NCBI RefSeq assembly: GCF_001194135.2
Contig: NC_068998.1
Span: 31,221,049-31,285,048 of the forward strand
Source of the DNA: Octopus bimaculoides
Lineage: Eukaryota
Direction: 5' to 3'
Length of the DNA stretch: 64,000 nucleotides
Positions 50,197 to 64,000 of this stretch are shown here, piece by piece. The position numbers and the translations under genes were made by a program. Positions within the stretch are counted from its first letter, which is position 1, and each line of letters starts with the position of its first letter. The notes below the pieces were generated by a model. It had not been told where the DNA came from. It saw only the letters and a program-made list of their open reading frames with translations, and ran no database searches.

Positions 50197-52824
50197 TGTT
50201 ATATAGTGAAACTGTATACCCACTCCCGGTAAAAAGTGCTAGGAGTCAGCCATTGTAAGTAGACCAGTAGCTGGTTGTCAAGAGAGGGTCAAGAGTCAAA
50301 GAGTAGAGAGTCAACAGTTCTAGTTGGTGTCTTGTGGAGCTATCAACAATAGTAAGACAGAAGAAGTTAGTGTATTACTATTTGAGTATGAAGAGATACA
50401 ACAATATCCAATAACTATATTTGCTATAAACTAAACGGAGGGAAAATTTTCTCAAAGTTAGACCTCTCAGAGGTGTACCTTCAAATTCAGTTAGAGGAAA
50501 ATTGCACACATCTACTAACAATCAACATGCACTGTAGATTGTACAAGTTCAAACAACTACTGTTGGAGTAAAAGTGACACCCATCATATTCCAACAAATA
50601 ATGGATGCGATGTTAAGTGATTGTGACTTCGCCATCACATACCTCGATGAAACTTTGACAAAGAGCGAATCTCAAGTGCAACATGTCAAACACATAAAGA
50701 AAGTATTCAAGAGAATAAGTGAATACATGCTAAAACTGACAACAAAAATGCAAATATTTGATAGAAAAATTAAAATACCTAAGTAATTGACAAAAGTGGA
50801 TGCAAACTGGACCCATCGAGAGTGATGGCAATATGGGATATTCTGCCCCCAACAAACATGACAATGCTACAAGCATTCCTGGGCTTGGTAAATTATTTCC
50901 AAGTGTATATCCTAAATATACATAAGGTAAAGGCATCACTTAATGAATTACTCAAAAAAGTGCCAAATGGGTTTGGACAGAGGAATACCAGAAAGCATTT
51001 AACGAGTTAAAAGATGTGTTAATTTCAGACTTGTATTTTACACATTTCGACCCAAAGTTAGAGATAATACTAGCTACAGACGGTAGTGAGTAAGGGATAG
51101 GAGCTATGCTCCTACACAAGGATAACAATGGTAGGAGAAAGGCAATAGCTCACACATCAAGGACATTGATGTGTGGGCTATGGAAAAGAGCTATAGCCAG
51201 ATTGAAAAGGCGGTGTTGACTATTATATTTAGCATGAAAAAGTTCCACAGGTTCATTCACAGCAGATGTTTTTGGTTGCAATGATCATAGACCTCTGATA
51301 ATGAAATACAGATCCAAAAAAGGAATCCCAACAGACTGCAGTTATGGGGTGCTATTCTATTAAACTATGATTATAGAATGGAATATCTGCCTTCAAAAAA
51401 GTTGGGGCATGCAGATAGTCTGTCTAGGTTAATTCCGAGAAATAACAAACCGCTAGAGGACATCATAATAGCAGCACTAAGACTGGAAGCAGAAAAAAAA
51501 AAAAAAGTGATGTGGAACATCATGTGTGGACTACCAGTAACTTTGGAAGAAATAAAAAGAAATGTGAGAAATGACAAATTTATTAATGAGAGAAAAAGAA
51601 AACTTTGGTTGACAAAAGGAAATAGAGAAAAGTATGATGCAAAGAACTGTCAAGATGTGAGCGTGTACTCTATATGTGATGCTGTACTAATGTGCGCTCA
51701 GAGAGTGGTCATACTACAGACATTACAGAGGAGAATGTTAAAAGAGTTCCATGTGGAACACCCAGGCATCTCTAGAATGAAAGCGCTGATGCGACGTTTC
51801 ATATACTGGCCAAGCATGGACAAGGAAGTTGAAAACCTGGTAAAAGGCTGCAGAGTATGTGTGCTGGCAGCAAACCTACTTACTACAAAATGTGAACCTT
51901 GGCTGGAAGTGAAAATACCATGGTTCTGATTGTATATCAATTTTGCAGGCCTGGTAAATGGATATTATTACTTAATAGTTAGTAACTGCTACACAAAATG
52001 GCCTGAAGTCATGAGGTGTAAACAACCAACCTTATATACAGTAATAAACTTCTTACATAAGATGTTCACAAGATTTGGTGTACCAGATATAATTGTCTCT
52101 GAAAATGGAACACAGTTTGTATCCTGTGAGTTTAAAAGATTCTGCGAGATGTTCAAATTAGAACATAAAACTATAGCACCATATCACCCTAGATCGAATG
52201 GGAGAGCCAATGGTTTGTGGACACTTTAAAGAGAGCTTTAAAAAAAGCTTATATGGAAGCCACAGACAAAGTCACGATCCAACAATTCTTAGGGGTATAC
52301 AGGGTAACTTCGAACCCAAATGCGCCAGAAGGTAGTTCACCATCAGAATGTTTGCCAGAAAGGTAAAGTCAATATTGAAGAAACTACTACCAGTGAAGTA
52401 AAATATACATGCTAGTAAAGACATGCTAAAATTCTTTAGAATTGGTGATAAGTTATATGTAAGAATGCACAAAAATGAGAAGCAATACTGGAAAGAAGGA
52501 GAAGTTGTAACATACATAGGAAGAATGATGTATGGTGTAAGAAGCAGAAATGGAATGGAAAGGAGACATAGAAATCAGCTTAAGGAAAGAGGAACCAACA
52601 AAGTCAAGAGTCAAAGAGTCGAGAACTGACAGTTCTAGTTGGTATCTTGTGGAGCTATCAGCGATAGTAACACAGAAATTAGTGTATTACTATTTTGGTA
52701 TGAAGAGATACAATGGTATCTGATGACTAGTAACTATTGTGGCCACTAGCATAAAACAGCAACTACAATACAACAGCAGTTACACATCACACCAGTATGA
52801 GGAACTCGCGTTACAACTATATCA
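50197..52824 (+). mobile_element. Internally deleted Gypsy/Ty3 LTR retrotransposon
   Basis: RT C-terminus (IFQQIMD..L, AITYLDE), RNase H (SYSQIEK, HADSLSRL), integrase (FHVEHPGI.RMKALMR..IYWP, GVPDIIVSENGTQFVS, PYHPRSNG). Partial LTR repeats ~50288-50420 and ~52603-52730; outer ends TGTTATATAGT...ACTATATCA. Confidence 0.88.
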
Positions 52825-52829
52825 CTACC

Positions 52830-53962
52830 AGAACTAGAGAAGTTTCAGGTGTGGAAACAAGGTCTAGAATCAAAGGGCATTAAAGTTAACCTAGCAAAAA
52901 CCAAAGTCTTAGTAAGTATGAAAGCAGACAAATCACAAATCCCTTCAGGTAGATAGCCCTGCTTGATCTGTAGAAAAGGCATGATTAGAAAGTCCATAAG
53001 ACCTACTTGGTGTAAGCCATGGACACATAAGAGGTGCAACAATATCAGCGGAAGGTTAACAGGGAAAAGTTTTTGTGTGGAAGGTGCATAGGTACAATTA
53101 ACACTAAAAATATACAGAAAATAGATTCCATCACATGCCAATGGAGAAAACTAGAAGTAGTCGATAGCTTCTGTTACCTAGGTGACCAAGTCAGTAGCCG
53201 GGGTGGATGCTCTGAGAGCATGGCTGCTAGAATAAGAATAGGCTGGGCAGAGAGCTTCTACCACTGCTGGTAATGAAGGGCCTCTTGGTCAGAGTGAAAG
53301 GCAGACTGCATGATGCTTGTGTGTGAACAGCCATGCTGTACAGTAGTGAAACATAGGCTGTGACTGCCGAGGACAAGAGTACGCTTGTAAGAAATGAAGC
53401 TAGTATGCTTCTCTGGACGTGTGATGTCAATGTGCAGAGAAAAGTTGGGCATAAGAGACATCAGATGTGTACAAGAGACGACTGTGCTGGTAAAGTCATG
53501 TGATGCGTATGGACAAGGACTGCTGTGTGAAGAAGTGTTGCACTCTAATGGTGGAGGGAAACTGTGGAAGAGGTAGACCCAGGAAGACATGGGACAAGAT
53601 AGTAAAGCATGATCTTCAAATGTTGGGCCTTAGGGAGGCAATGACAAGCGACTGAGACCTTTGGTGATAAGCTGTGCTTGAGAAGACCTGTCAAGCCAAG
53701 TGAGATCATAGTTGTGGCTGATGCCAGTGTCAGGCTGATGCCAGTGTCAGGTCAATGGCACCCATGCCGGTGGCATATAAAAAACACCCATTACACTCTC
53801 AGAGTGGTTGGTATTACGAAGGGCATCCAGATGCAGAAACCTTACCAAATCAGATTGGAACCTGGTGTAGTTTCCTAGTTTACCAGTTTTCAGTCAAACC
53901 GTCCAACCCATTCCAGCATGGAAGACAGACATTAAATAATGATGATGATGATGATGATGATG
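52830..53962 (+). mobile_element. RTE-clade LINE 3' half with (GAT)n tail
   Basis: KVNLAKTKVL, LEVVDSFCYLGD, GRPRKTW remnants; tail CCAGCATGGAAGACAGACATTAAATAA(TGA)n. Confidence 0.85.
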
Positions 53963-54394
53963 ATATATACACTAATATTATTAATTATTTGTAGGATTCA
54001 TTTAAATCAAGGCATTCTAATATTAAGGACACCAATCAAGGGTTGAGATCTGCATATCCATGTATATACAATATACAAACATGCTTATATGGACATATTC
54101 ATACACTTTTTCAAATACATATAAATGAACACATCACTATACACATACATATAGATATACATGTGCTTGAAATTATATACCCATGCACACCGAAATGCAG
54201 TTTCCAACATAGGGAAGGTTCCAGATATGGTGTTTATATAAAGAAAGAACACAAATGGGTTAAGGTTCACAACAGTTACTTCAAGCATGTCTCTTATTGA
54301 TGAATTAGATTATGAAAAAAACATTTTCTTTAGGTAAATTAAAATTTTAAACTTGGTTTGGAGTAAAAAATACCAACATGTGGAATGTGGATTG

Positions 54395-55545
54395 ACCCTC
54401 TCAAGAGGGTCATAATGCTGCAGAAGCTGTGTAATGCAGCTTCTTCCTGAGAAGAAGCCATGCCAAGTGTCAGGGAACAAGTCATTATCTTTCAGGAATG
54501 TGGTCAGTTTCCTCCTGACAATGCATTTCATGACTTTGCTGACATGGGAGTTTCGTGTGACAGGTCTATAATTTTTAGCAGCCAATAGGATATATTATGC
54601 CTTTCTTTAACTTTCTGGGAAGTCTCCCAGTTGCAAGGAAACTTTGGAAGAGGATCTGTAGTAGTTTTGCTAGAGCCCCTTTGCATTTCTTTAGGAAGAT
54701 TGCTGGAAATCCATCAGGGCCCTGGCTGAGTTTAAGCCCATTTCACCAATGGCTGATATTACAACAGTTTCCTCTATTTCTTTGTGTAAATCTGTGCCAA
54801 AGATCTTATAAAGCATAGCTATTTGCAAGTGTTTTATCAGAGTTGTGAAAACACATTTGTATTGCATATTCAGTATTTCACTTATCCTCTGGAGGTCTGC
54901 AGTTGGCAAGCCATTTTCTTGGAACAGTGGCCCTATCTTGTACCGTACTGAAGTAGACCCTTTTGCAAATCTATAGAAGGCTTTAGGGTTTGTTTACATT
55001 TTTGGTAGCCCTGACTTCCTTCTCTGCCCTCTCCTTCACATGGGAATGTTTGAGTTCTCTTTCAATCTCAAGTAGTGTTTGTTTGGGATAGAGATGTTTG
55101 CTATCTTTTAGTGGCACACTTGGACAGTTTGAGATCTTTGCTAGTCGTCTCATTAAAATCTTCGTATCCCTGGCAATTAAGTTTTCTGTTGGCTTAACAT
55201 TTGCTCTAGATCAAACTTACAATATATGCCATGCATTATTGTCATAAAGTTCTGTAGTCTTATGTTAACATCTTGTGTAGAGAGACTTGTAGTCCTGTTT
55301 TGTCCTACGACCTCTTTTTGAATACCCTTCCAATCAGTTTTATGAAAGTTCAAGATGGAAAGGAGTTGGTGCTTCTAGTAGCCTGCATGTCTGCAGTTCT
55401 CTGCAAGGCATATGTTGTAAGTTCTATTAAGTTATGGTCTGAGTAAATCATCGGTGTCACCTTAAGATTATGGATGAGCATCATATGATCTGTGAAGCAG
55501 AGGTCCAGGACATTTTTACCCCTTATTGGGTGGAGCACTATTCCC
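54395..55545 (-). mobile_element. CR1/L2-group LINE fragment (endonuclease end plus RT start)
   Basis: PIRGKNVLDLCFT...SDHNLIE; NYRPV...SKVMKCIV...HGFFSGRSCITQLL. Confidence 0.85.
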
Positions 55546-56003
55546 CATCCCTGAAAACGCTACACATATAGTACCACTGTATACCATTCCAACTTTACAA
55601 GAACACCAAGCCTAAAACATACACAAATTTTCCATACACACTTTTCCAGAAAACCCTTGTTGCCTTGCAACGCCCCAAGACACAAGGTCTTGGTGCCAAG
55701 GGACTTAACTCTTAACTTAATCGTTGCTCAGTGTTTTGTCGTTTTTTCACAGCAACCGCAAACCGGATGTCTTTTCACCTCCAACAATAGAGAGCAGTCG
55801 CCATATTTCATTCCATAATTGCCACCTCTGAAGAGTGCAGGGTTATATAAGCAGTCTGTTATTTAACTGTTGAACCCCCTAGTGTGAAACTGATTGATAA
55901 GATCGGTCATAATGGGTGTATGATACTGTACACTTTGACTAATATACCCACTCTATTGACAAATACACGAGTGCATATTTTTTGTGACTTGTGGATTCTT
56001 AGA

Positions 56004-56043
<40 letters not shown>

Positions 56044-56822
56044 NNNNNNNNNNNNNNNNNNNNNNNNNNNNNNNNNNNNNNNNNNNNNNNNNNNNNNNNN
56101 NNNNNNNNNNNNNNNNNNNNNNNNNNNNNNNNNNNNNNNNNNNNNNNNNNNNNNNNNNNNNNNNNNNNNNNNNNNNNNNNNNNNNNNNNNNNNNNNNNNN
56201 NNNNNNNNNNNNNNNNNNNNNNNNNNNNNNNNNNNNNNNNNNNNNNNNNNNNNNNNNNNNNNNNNNNNNNNNNNNNNNNNNNNNNNNNNNNNNNNNNNNN
56301 NNNNNNNNNNNNNNNNNNNNNNNNNNNNNNNNNNNNNNNNNNNNNNNNNNNNNNNNNNNNNNNNNNNNNNNNNNNNNNNNNNNNNNNNNNNNNNNNNNNN
56401 NNNNNNNNNNNNNNNNNNNNNNNNNNNNNNNNNNNNNNNNNNNNNNNNNNNNNNNNNNNNNNNNNNNNNNNNNNNNNNNNNNNNNNNNNNNNNNNNNNNN
56501 NNNNNNNNNNNNNNNNNNNNNNNNNNNNNNNNNNNNNNNNNNNNNNNNNNNNNNNNNNNNNNNNNNNNNNNNNNNNNNNNNNNNNNNNNNNNNNNNNNNN
56601 NNNNNNNNNNNNNNNNNNNNNNNNNNNNNNNNNNNNNNNNNNNNNNNNNNNNNNNNNNNNNNNNNNNNNNNNNNNNNNNNNNNNNNNNNNNNNNNNNNNN
56701 NNNNNNNNNNNNNNNNNNNNNNNNNNNNNNNNNNNNNNNNNNNNNNNNNNNNNNNNNNNNNNNNNNNNNNNNNNNNNNNNNNNNNNNNNNNNNNNNNNNN
56801 NNNNNNNNNNNNNNNNNNNNNN

Positions 56823-56865
<43 letters not shown>

Positions 56866-59800
56866 TGTATATATGTGTGTGTGTGTGTATATATACAAAC
56901 ATACACACACATACAAACACAATCTACATACAGGCACACCCACATATTTTATTATATACGTACATACAAACACCACACATATACACTCAAAATGTATGTG
57001 TGTATGTATCGTATTTAGATATGTTATTGTGTGTATGTGTATGCGTGTATCATATGTATTCAAACTACAGGCTGCAACTCACTGACTATGTCCCACTTTT
57101 GCAATACTTACAAGCACTTTTCTTCGTAGTTTTAAATTCACAAAAGGTATAAAATTTTAAAATTAATGATGATAGACGTCGAAGAATTTGACTCATTGTA
57201 TGTGTACATATACAAACATACACATTATATCTATAGATAAGTTTGATAAGTACCACTGTGCAAAAGTTTCGTCCCAAGAGTAACTTTGTAACTTCTGCCT
57301 TTAAAATAAAAAAAATATATACGTAGTCCTGTTTTGAGTTCTATTTTCCTGTCTGCATCAACGAATCTGTACATACATACATTTATATCACACACACACA
57401 CACACACACACACACACNNNNNNNNNNNNNNNNNNNNNNNNNNNNNNNNNNNNNNNNNNNNNNNNNNNNNNNNNNNNNNNNNNNNNNNNNNNNNNNNNNN
57501 NNNNNNNNNNNNNNNNNNNNNNNNNNNNNNNNNNNNNNNNNNNNNNNNNNNNNNNNNNNNNNNNNNNNNNNNNNNNNNNNNNNNNNNNNNNNNNNNNNNN
57601 NNNNNNNNNNNNNNNNNNNNNNNNNNNNNNNNNNNNNNNNNNNNNNNNNNNNNNNNNNNNNNNNNNNNNNNNNNNNNNNNNNNNNNNNNNNNNNNNNNNN
57701 NNNNNNNNNNNNNNNNNNNNNNNNNNNNNNNNNNNNNNNNNNNNNNNNNNNNNNNNNNNNNNNNNNNNNNNNNNNNNNNNNNNNNNNNNNNNNNNNNNNN
57801 NNNNNNNNNNNNNNNNNNNNNNNNNNNNNNNNNNNNNNNNNNNNNNNNNNNNNNNNNNNNNNNNNNNNNNNNNNNNNNNNNNNNNNNNNNNNNNNNNNNN
57901 NNNNNNNNNNNNNNNNNNNNNNNNNNNNNNNNNTATAAACAACTTAACATATATCTATATATTTAAAAAGCAGATTACCGTTCGAGACTCTTTAGCCTGA
58001 TTATTCGATGTTACAGCTGTAATTAAATAAAGTACTTATTCTTCCAGATTGTCAGTATCCTAGTTATGACTATGAGATGTATTGCTAATATCAGGTATTA
58101 TATATAGGTAAAATGAAGTTTCCAGAAAGTTCTGATCCCCTCAGCAATGAGAAAAGTTCGTCTGTATTCTCCAAACATCATGCCAGATAAATAACTTTTA
58201 AGTTGCTTACGTAGAACTTGATGACTCTCCCCATTCCCCCCACTTTCTGATTTCTCTCTATCTCTCCCCTTCTCCTCATTACATTTATCGTCTCTAACTG
58301 GTTTTATAGTGGTAGTAATTCATGAATGGGTTGATGTAACAGACACAGATAATACATGTTTACATATTCATTATTTATTGTTCGCATATTAAGAGACAGA
58401 AAAACAGAAAGAGGTAGCGGTGGGAGTGTACGATGACGACGTCGAGAAGAGGAAGCAAAAGAATAAAAAGAAGGAAAAATGACAACAACAATCGACATAA
58501 GTAATAAGTTAATTCGTGATATGGAAAACAACGAGAGAGGGTGACAGGAAGCAGAGAGAAAAAGGCAAAACGAAGAGAAAAAAATAGAACAAAGGCTGCT
58601 ATATGACAAGTGGGGTATATATATTTCAAGTAGTGACTGTGAAATATGTGTGTATACGTGTATGTATGTATGTATGTATGTATACACACATACATGTTTA
58701 TACATGTATTTATCTGTATACACACACACACACACACCCATACGCACGCGCACATATGCATATAAACTGGGGAGAGAATAAAGTGAGAAAAGTAGAACGA
58801 TTGAGGTCAGTTAAGAGGAAAGTTGGAGTGGAGGTTGTCTAAGAGTAAGACAGGAGGAGTTACAATGCAATTTAAGTGAGGGCGAACAAAAGTAAGAGAC
58901 AGAAAACTAATAGAGAGAAAGAAAGAACGCGCTGTGCGTGTGTGTATATATATCTATTAACATACATACACGTCTTTCAAGTTTTTAAATAGACATAGAG
59001 AGAGAGGGCGAGTAATAGACATATAGAGAGTAAAAAGAGAAAGACAAAACTGACAAGGAGGAGGAAAAGAAATAGAAGAGTGAGAACGATTGGAAGCAGT
59101 AGTGTTCTGCTAGATACAGATAAGTGAGGTGGTAGTGAAATGGACAGTAAGAGGTCGGTATAAAAAAAGAGAAAGAAAGGGAGTGAGTGATCAGTACTGA
59201 CGAGGAGAAGGCACAATAGAAAGAGAACGAGTGAAAAACAGCGGATTAACGTAAGAGCTAATTTAATTTACGTATATTGAATAAAAGGGTGGAGTAGAAC
59301 TTGCGTAATACAACTTTCTTACGACATTTGTTTTTCAAAGTTTGCATGCACTTTGAGAAGTTGGCAGGGTGTGAATGGCCTTGAGGGGTAACACTATAAA
59401 TAGATTAGGGGGTAGTCTATGCAAAAAGTATGTACATATGTGTGTAAATAATTGATTCTAATTTAAGCACAAAGCCAGCAATTGACTGGTAGTTTATTTT
59501 ATCCACTTTCAAAAGTATTAGAGGCCAAGTTGACCTTGACGGGAATTGAACTCAGACTATAATGAGTTGGAAAAAATATCAGTAAACATTTATTCCGACA
59601 CTCTAACATTTCTGCCAGCAACATCAATCAAAACAGATTTTTCACCGTCGTTACTCCGAATTCAGCGTTATTTAAATTACAGGCTTAAATAAGTGCCTTG
59701 TAAATTCTTAGGTAAATAAAATTTTCGAAAAGCGATAAAGTGATAACGTGAAACTCGGAGCAACAATGTTGAAAAACATGTTTTGAGTACTGGATATCCT

Positions 59801-60369
59801 GTAGTTTAGGCTCCAAAATTAGTAATTTTCAAAGGTGAAAATAATCTGATTCTTATGCACGTAGACATGCAGACACAATATGAGAAAAATATGCGTCTTT
59901 CTTAAGCAGTCCAATAATTACCATTCCGTTTTTAAAAACATTCCAAACGACACCCGCTTCCATTCCTATAATATAGTTTTATAGGGGCTACTGTAGTTTC
60001 TCACCTCACCTTGAAAAGTGCATTTTTTTGAAAAACATTTCTTCGGATTCTTAGGTTTTAGATGTCGGAGATTACGAATATGTAAAAAAAAAAAGTTTTC
60101 AAAATTTTAACCCCACCCTCGCAACCTCCCCCCACCAATTTTAAATTTTAAACTTTTTTTCGAAAATTTTTTTTTTTCAATCTACGTGGAAAAATATGGG
60201 GATTTTAATAACAATATCAAAACAACAATTTCTACAGTTTATCCAAATGAACATAGAAAGTACACTTTACATAGCTGCTTTAATGAAATTTCCACACTTC
60301 AATATTCAACAATACATTAAAAGTCGAAAGTGAAACCACAACATCAAATATACAATCTACGATTTATAT

Positions 60370-61267
60370 ATATGCGAGGCAATGTAATGCGAAAAATGAT
60401 AAAACGCTGAATCCACATAAATTCAGGTAAATGCTGGTCAATTAGTTATCCATTTGTGGGTCCATTCATTGGTTTAAATTTGGCTTTAGCGTTTGTCCAC
60501 ATACCTTCTACTGAGTTTGTGTAGCAACTAGTAATGAAATTATGAGAATGGTTGACACTGTAATGTTTGAAATATAGCTTCTTTTCAATGTTCTTATACA
60601 AACTCTATTTTTCAGAATATATTACTGATCCCGGCTCAATCCATTCTTCTATCAATGGCAATAAAGTTTCTTCTTCCCTATTATCAACTGGAAGAAGAAA
60701 TCCTTTATTTTGTACTCGGCAATATCCTCCAAAAATCCATTGCTCTTTTACCAATTAGCCCACGTTATATTTCCTTTTCGTGAACAATGATACATCAATT
60801 TATACAATTATGGTGTGTCCACCTATTTCTAAAGAATTGTTTATAACTTGCTCAACTGCTACATCTCTACAAAACTGCATCCAATCTGCAACAGTGTGCT
60901 CGCTTTTTACTTCCAACTCTTTCATTATAGTTTGATAACTTGCTGAACGAACTTTTCCACTACCTTCAGCCCACATGTATGTCAGTCCAAATGCTTGCCA
61001 AAGCTCAAGTTTTGAATTTTCGAAAAACAACGACTTTCTGATGTTGTCAACTTTTCTACATCCACGACAACGAAAGCATTTCCCATCAATATTTCTGGAA
61101 TACTTTGCTTTATCCATTCGGATATTACAATCATTGCAATAACTATGATCTTTAAGAAGGCTGTAAGTCCGTAAAAAATCTATCATTCCACTTTTGTTGT
61201 ATTTGAATCTTGCTCCTATTTCTGTTAGACTTATGCTAGAAAAAACTTCCTTGTTTGGAAAACCCAT
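60370..61267 (-). mobile_element. Merlin (IS1595/ISXO2-like) transposase pseudogene
   Basis: Zn-ribbon CNDC...CFRCRGC, VADWMQFCRDV, IGGHTIIV*ID.SLFTKRKYNVG, HYSVNHS.NF, TNSVEGMW; stops and frameshifts. Confidence 0.88.
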
Positions 61268-61359
61268 AACAGTACTTTAAATAAATTAAAAAGTTGTTAT
61301 AAGCTTTGAGAAGTTTCAATGAAAATCGACGCATACGGTACCCAAAAGGGTTGTTTAAT

Positions 61360-62421
61360 TTGTTCTGGTCCAGATACTGCTGACAACGCGAAGCAATGGA
61401 ATCGCAAACATCATGAAAGAATTCATTTGGTATTTGTGTGCATTCTCGTTCAATGGCTGCTCTCAAATCAACGACTGTTGCAGGTTTCATAGCGTAGATT
61501 TTGTCTTTTAGGTACCCCCATAAAAAAAGTCAAGTCGAGTGAACGCGGAAGGTATTCAAAGAAATCCCTTCGTCCAATTCCCCTGTTTGACAAAGATCTA
61601 ACATCGCGATGGTAGTGTGGGGGTGCCCCATCTTGCTGAAAATAAAACTCCTCATCTTCAAAGTCTTCTCTTATGCTTGGCATGACAAACTGTTGCAGTA
61701 AGTTCAAGTACACGGGACCAGTCACAGTAGCGTCAAAAAAGAATGGTCCAATTAATCCTCTTGATGATAAACCACACCACACTGTGTTCCACCATGATAT
61801 GCGGATTCTCAAGTCCCCAGTAGGTGCAATTGTGACGGTTAATTGAACCATTTAATTTGAATGTGGCCTTATGACTCCAAACAATCTTTGTTGGAAAGTG
61901 TGAATCTTCTTCACATCGTGCCAAGTACCACTCGCAATACTGCACTCTTCAGTCTGAATCATCGTCATTAATAGCATGGACTAATCTTGGAACGTAACTT
62001 TGACAACGCTTCAAAATGCGTTGGACAGACGATTTTGAAATACCTACCTCAGGACTTCACTTGCCGCACAGATATTCTTGGACTTTGGTGATATGTTTCC
62101 AGCACTCCTTCTTGCTTTGTAGGGGTTGTCAATATTCGTGGTCTTTTCGTGAACGCTTCTCGTGAACATTCTGAACATTTCCATCGGCTTCAAACAAATC
62201 ACTAATTCGAGTGATGGTAAGTTGCGTGGGTGAACCTGTTTGAAACTCCATTCTAAACTGTCTTTGCACTTCAACTGCGTTCTCACACTTCCAGTTGCAT
62301 TTTAGAATGAATTTCTTTTGTTCAAAGCTTAGGCTGACTGCCATCATTAATTCCAATGGGTTTCATCTGGAAAGAAAAACATCAGGTGAGTTATCAACTG
62401 CTAAAGTGTGTATACACTTGT
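61360..62421 (-). mobile_element. Tc1/mariner-superfamily element (rosa/maT-like) remnant
   Basis: N-terminal LSFEQKKFILKC.WKCENAVEVQRQF, then [34 protein letters not shown]. Confidence 0.85.
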
Positions 62422-62423
62422 AG

Positions 62424-62798
62424 TGACGTCTTAATAGCAGACGACATTTCCGGAAAGTTTATCCACGCATGCGCAGGGACTAGTTCCGGTAGGAATACAG
62501 GAAGAGTCTCATGCGCATGCGTAGTCATCGATATCCAAGCTTCGCGCGGATTTTCATCCTCTTTCTCGCTGGCCGACGAAGGGCCTGGACGTCGTAGCAG
62601 CCTCTCTCCAACATTCTAACTCTGGAGCTAGACAAATAACCACGCAACATCATTGACGGCGTCTCAGTAACCAAAGGGCGAAGTGCTGCCGAATTCTATT
62701 GTAATAAATATTGTTGTGTTGATAGTTCAGAATCTGCGTTCCGTTGTTTCTTCAAGAAGTTAATGTACGGAAGCGGAGTACACCTAATGGTGTATAAA
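62424..62798. promoter_or_regulatory. CpG-rich promoter-like segment
   Basis: Abrupt rise in CpG. Two NRF1-type GCATGCGC/TGCGCATGCG sites (~62467, ~62512), ETS-like CCGGAA/TTCCGG/CGGAAG, and CRE-like TGACGTC at 62424. Confidence 0.55.
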
Positions 62799-64000
62799 NN
62801 NNNNNNNNNNNNNNNNNNNNNNNNNNNNNNNNNNNNNNNNNNNNNNNNNNNNNNNNNNNNNNNNNNNNNNNNNNNNNNNNNNNNNNNNNNNNNNNNNNNN
62901 NNNNNNNNNNNNNNNNNNNNNNNNNNNNNNNNNNNNNNNNNNNNNNNNNNNNNNNNNNNNNNNNNNNNNNNNNNNNNNNNNNNNNNNNNNNNNNNNNNNN
63001 NNNNNNNNNNNNNNNNNNNNNNNNNNNNNNNNNNNNNNNNNNNNNNNNNNNNNNNNNNNNNNNNNNNNNNNNNNNNNNNNNNNNNNNNNNNNNNNNNNNN
63101 NNNNNNNNNNNNNNNNNNNNNNNNNNNNNNNNNNNNNNNNNNNNNNNNNNNNNNNNNNNNNNNNNNNNNNNNNNNNNNNNNNNNNNNNNNNNNNNNNNNN
63201 NNNNNNNNNNNNNNNNNNNNNNNNNNNNNNNNNNNNNNNNNNNNNNNNNNNNNNNNNNNNNNNNNNNNNNNNNNNNNNNNNNNNNNNNNNNNNNNNNNNN
63301 NNNNNNNNNNNNNNNNNNNNNNNNNNNNNNNNNNNNNNNNNNNNNNNNNNNNNNNNNNNNNNNNNNNNNNNNNNNNNNNNNNNNNNNNNNNNNNNNNNNN
63401 NNNNNNNNNNNNNNNNNNNNNNNNNNNNNNNNNNNNNNNNNNNNNNNNNNNNNNNNNNNNNNNNNNNNNNNNNNNNNNNNNNNNNNNNNNNNNNNNNNNN
63501 NNNNNNNNNNNNNNNNNNNNNNNNNNNNNNNNNNNNNNNNNNNNNNNNNNNNNNNNNNNNNNNNNNNNNNNNNNNNNNNNNNNNNNNNNNNNNNNNNNNN
63601 NNNNNNNNNNNNNNNNNNNNNNNNNNNNNNNNNNNNNNNNNNNNNNNNNNNNNNNNNNNNNCCCAGTTCAGCATTTTTCGTCACCTCTCCGTTTCTCTCG
63701 GCCGGAGAATGGAAGATTTCTGGCTTATCTTCATTTGCACGGGATCTTTTGGTCATTTTCGCTCGCAGTTCCGAATTCATGACAGCATTTTCAAGCAATG
63801 CCACTCAACGGTATCTTTCAAATAGACGCCCTGTCACAACCACTACGCACACCACTGTCAACATCATTACCACCACACACATACAGAACACAGCTACAGC
63901 CAGTTCCAGCGCCGACGTTTTCACCACCAATGTACTGTCTACCATTGTCGTCGCCAACAACACCAACATCAACAAGCGCGGTTTTATCTCGACCCTATTA

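Noticed and set aside
55884-57966. Long ORFs of 180-360 aa in the ORF track (also 2486-3202 and 62752-63804)
   Set aside because: Made of N runs and (TA)n/(CA)n repeats; not coding evidence.
58300-59300. GA-rich segment with short ORFs, possibly a 5' UTR of a minus-strand gene
   Set aside because: Low-complexity only; no splice or homology support.
1-64000. CRISPR arrays, rRNA, genuine tRNA genes, prokaryotic operons
   Set aside because: None seen. tRNA-like A/B boxes belong to SINE heads, and the IS1595-like transposase is a eukaryotic Merlin remnant.

Overview
AT-rich, microsatellite- and transposon-dense animal genomic DNA with several N gaps. The SINE/RTE repertoire and gene structure suggest a cephalopod (Octopus-like); this is inference. 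Two host genes are supported on the + strand. The first is the last six coding exons of coatomer subunit beta (COPB1, 7355-25744). The second is the last four coding exons of a Regnase-1/ZC3H12-family NYN/PIN RNase with a CCCH finger (32600-35420), whose first catalytic exon is not visible. The rest is mostly decayed mobile DNA: a Helitron, piggyBac, several Tc1/mariner elements, Merlin, hAT and Merlin-type MITEs, RTE, CR1, HERO and Tx1/L1 LINEs, Penelope-like elements (PLEs), a Gypsy remnant and tRNA-derived SINEs. A CpG-rich promoter-like segment lies near the right end. The most notable unexplained signal is a set of type I hammerhead-ribozyme (HHR) motifs. One sits in a ~280-bp repeat present on both sides of a Tx1 LINE (retrozyme-like, with a compensatory stem I change between copies). 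Another sits in the pseudo-LTRs of a PLE family. Recurrent head-to-head foldbacks and long palindromes are also present. All structures were read by eye; no searches or folding programs were run.
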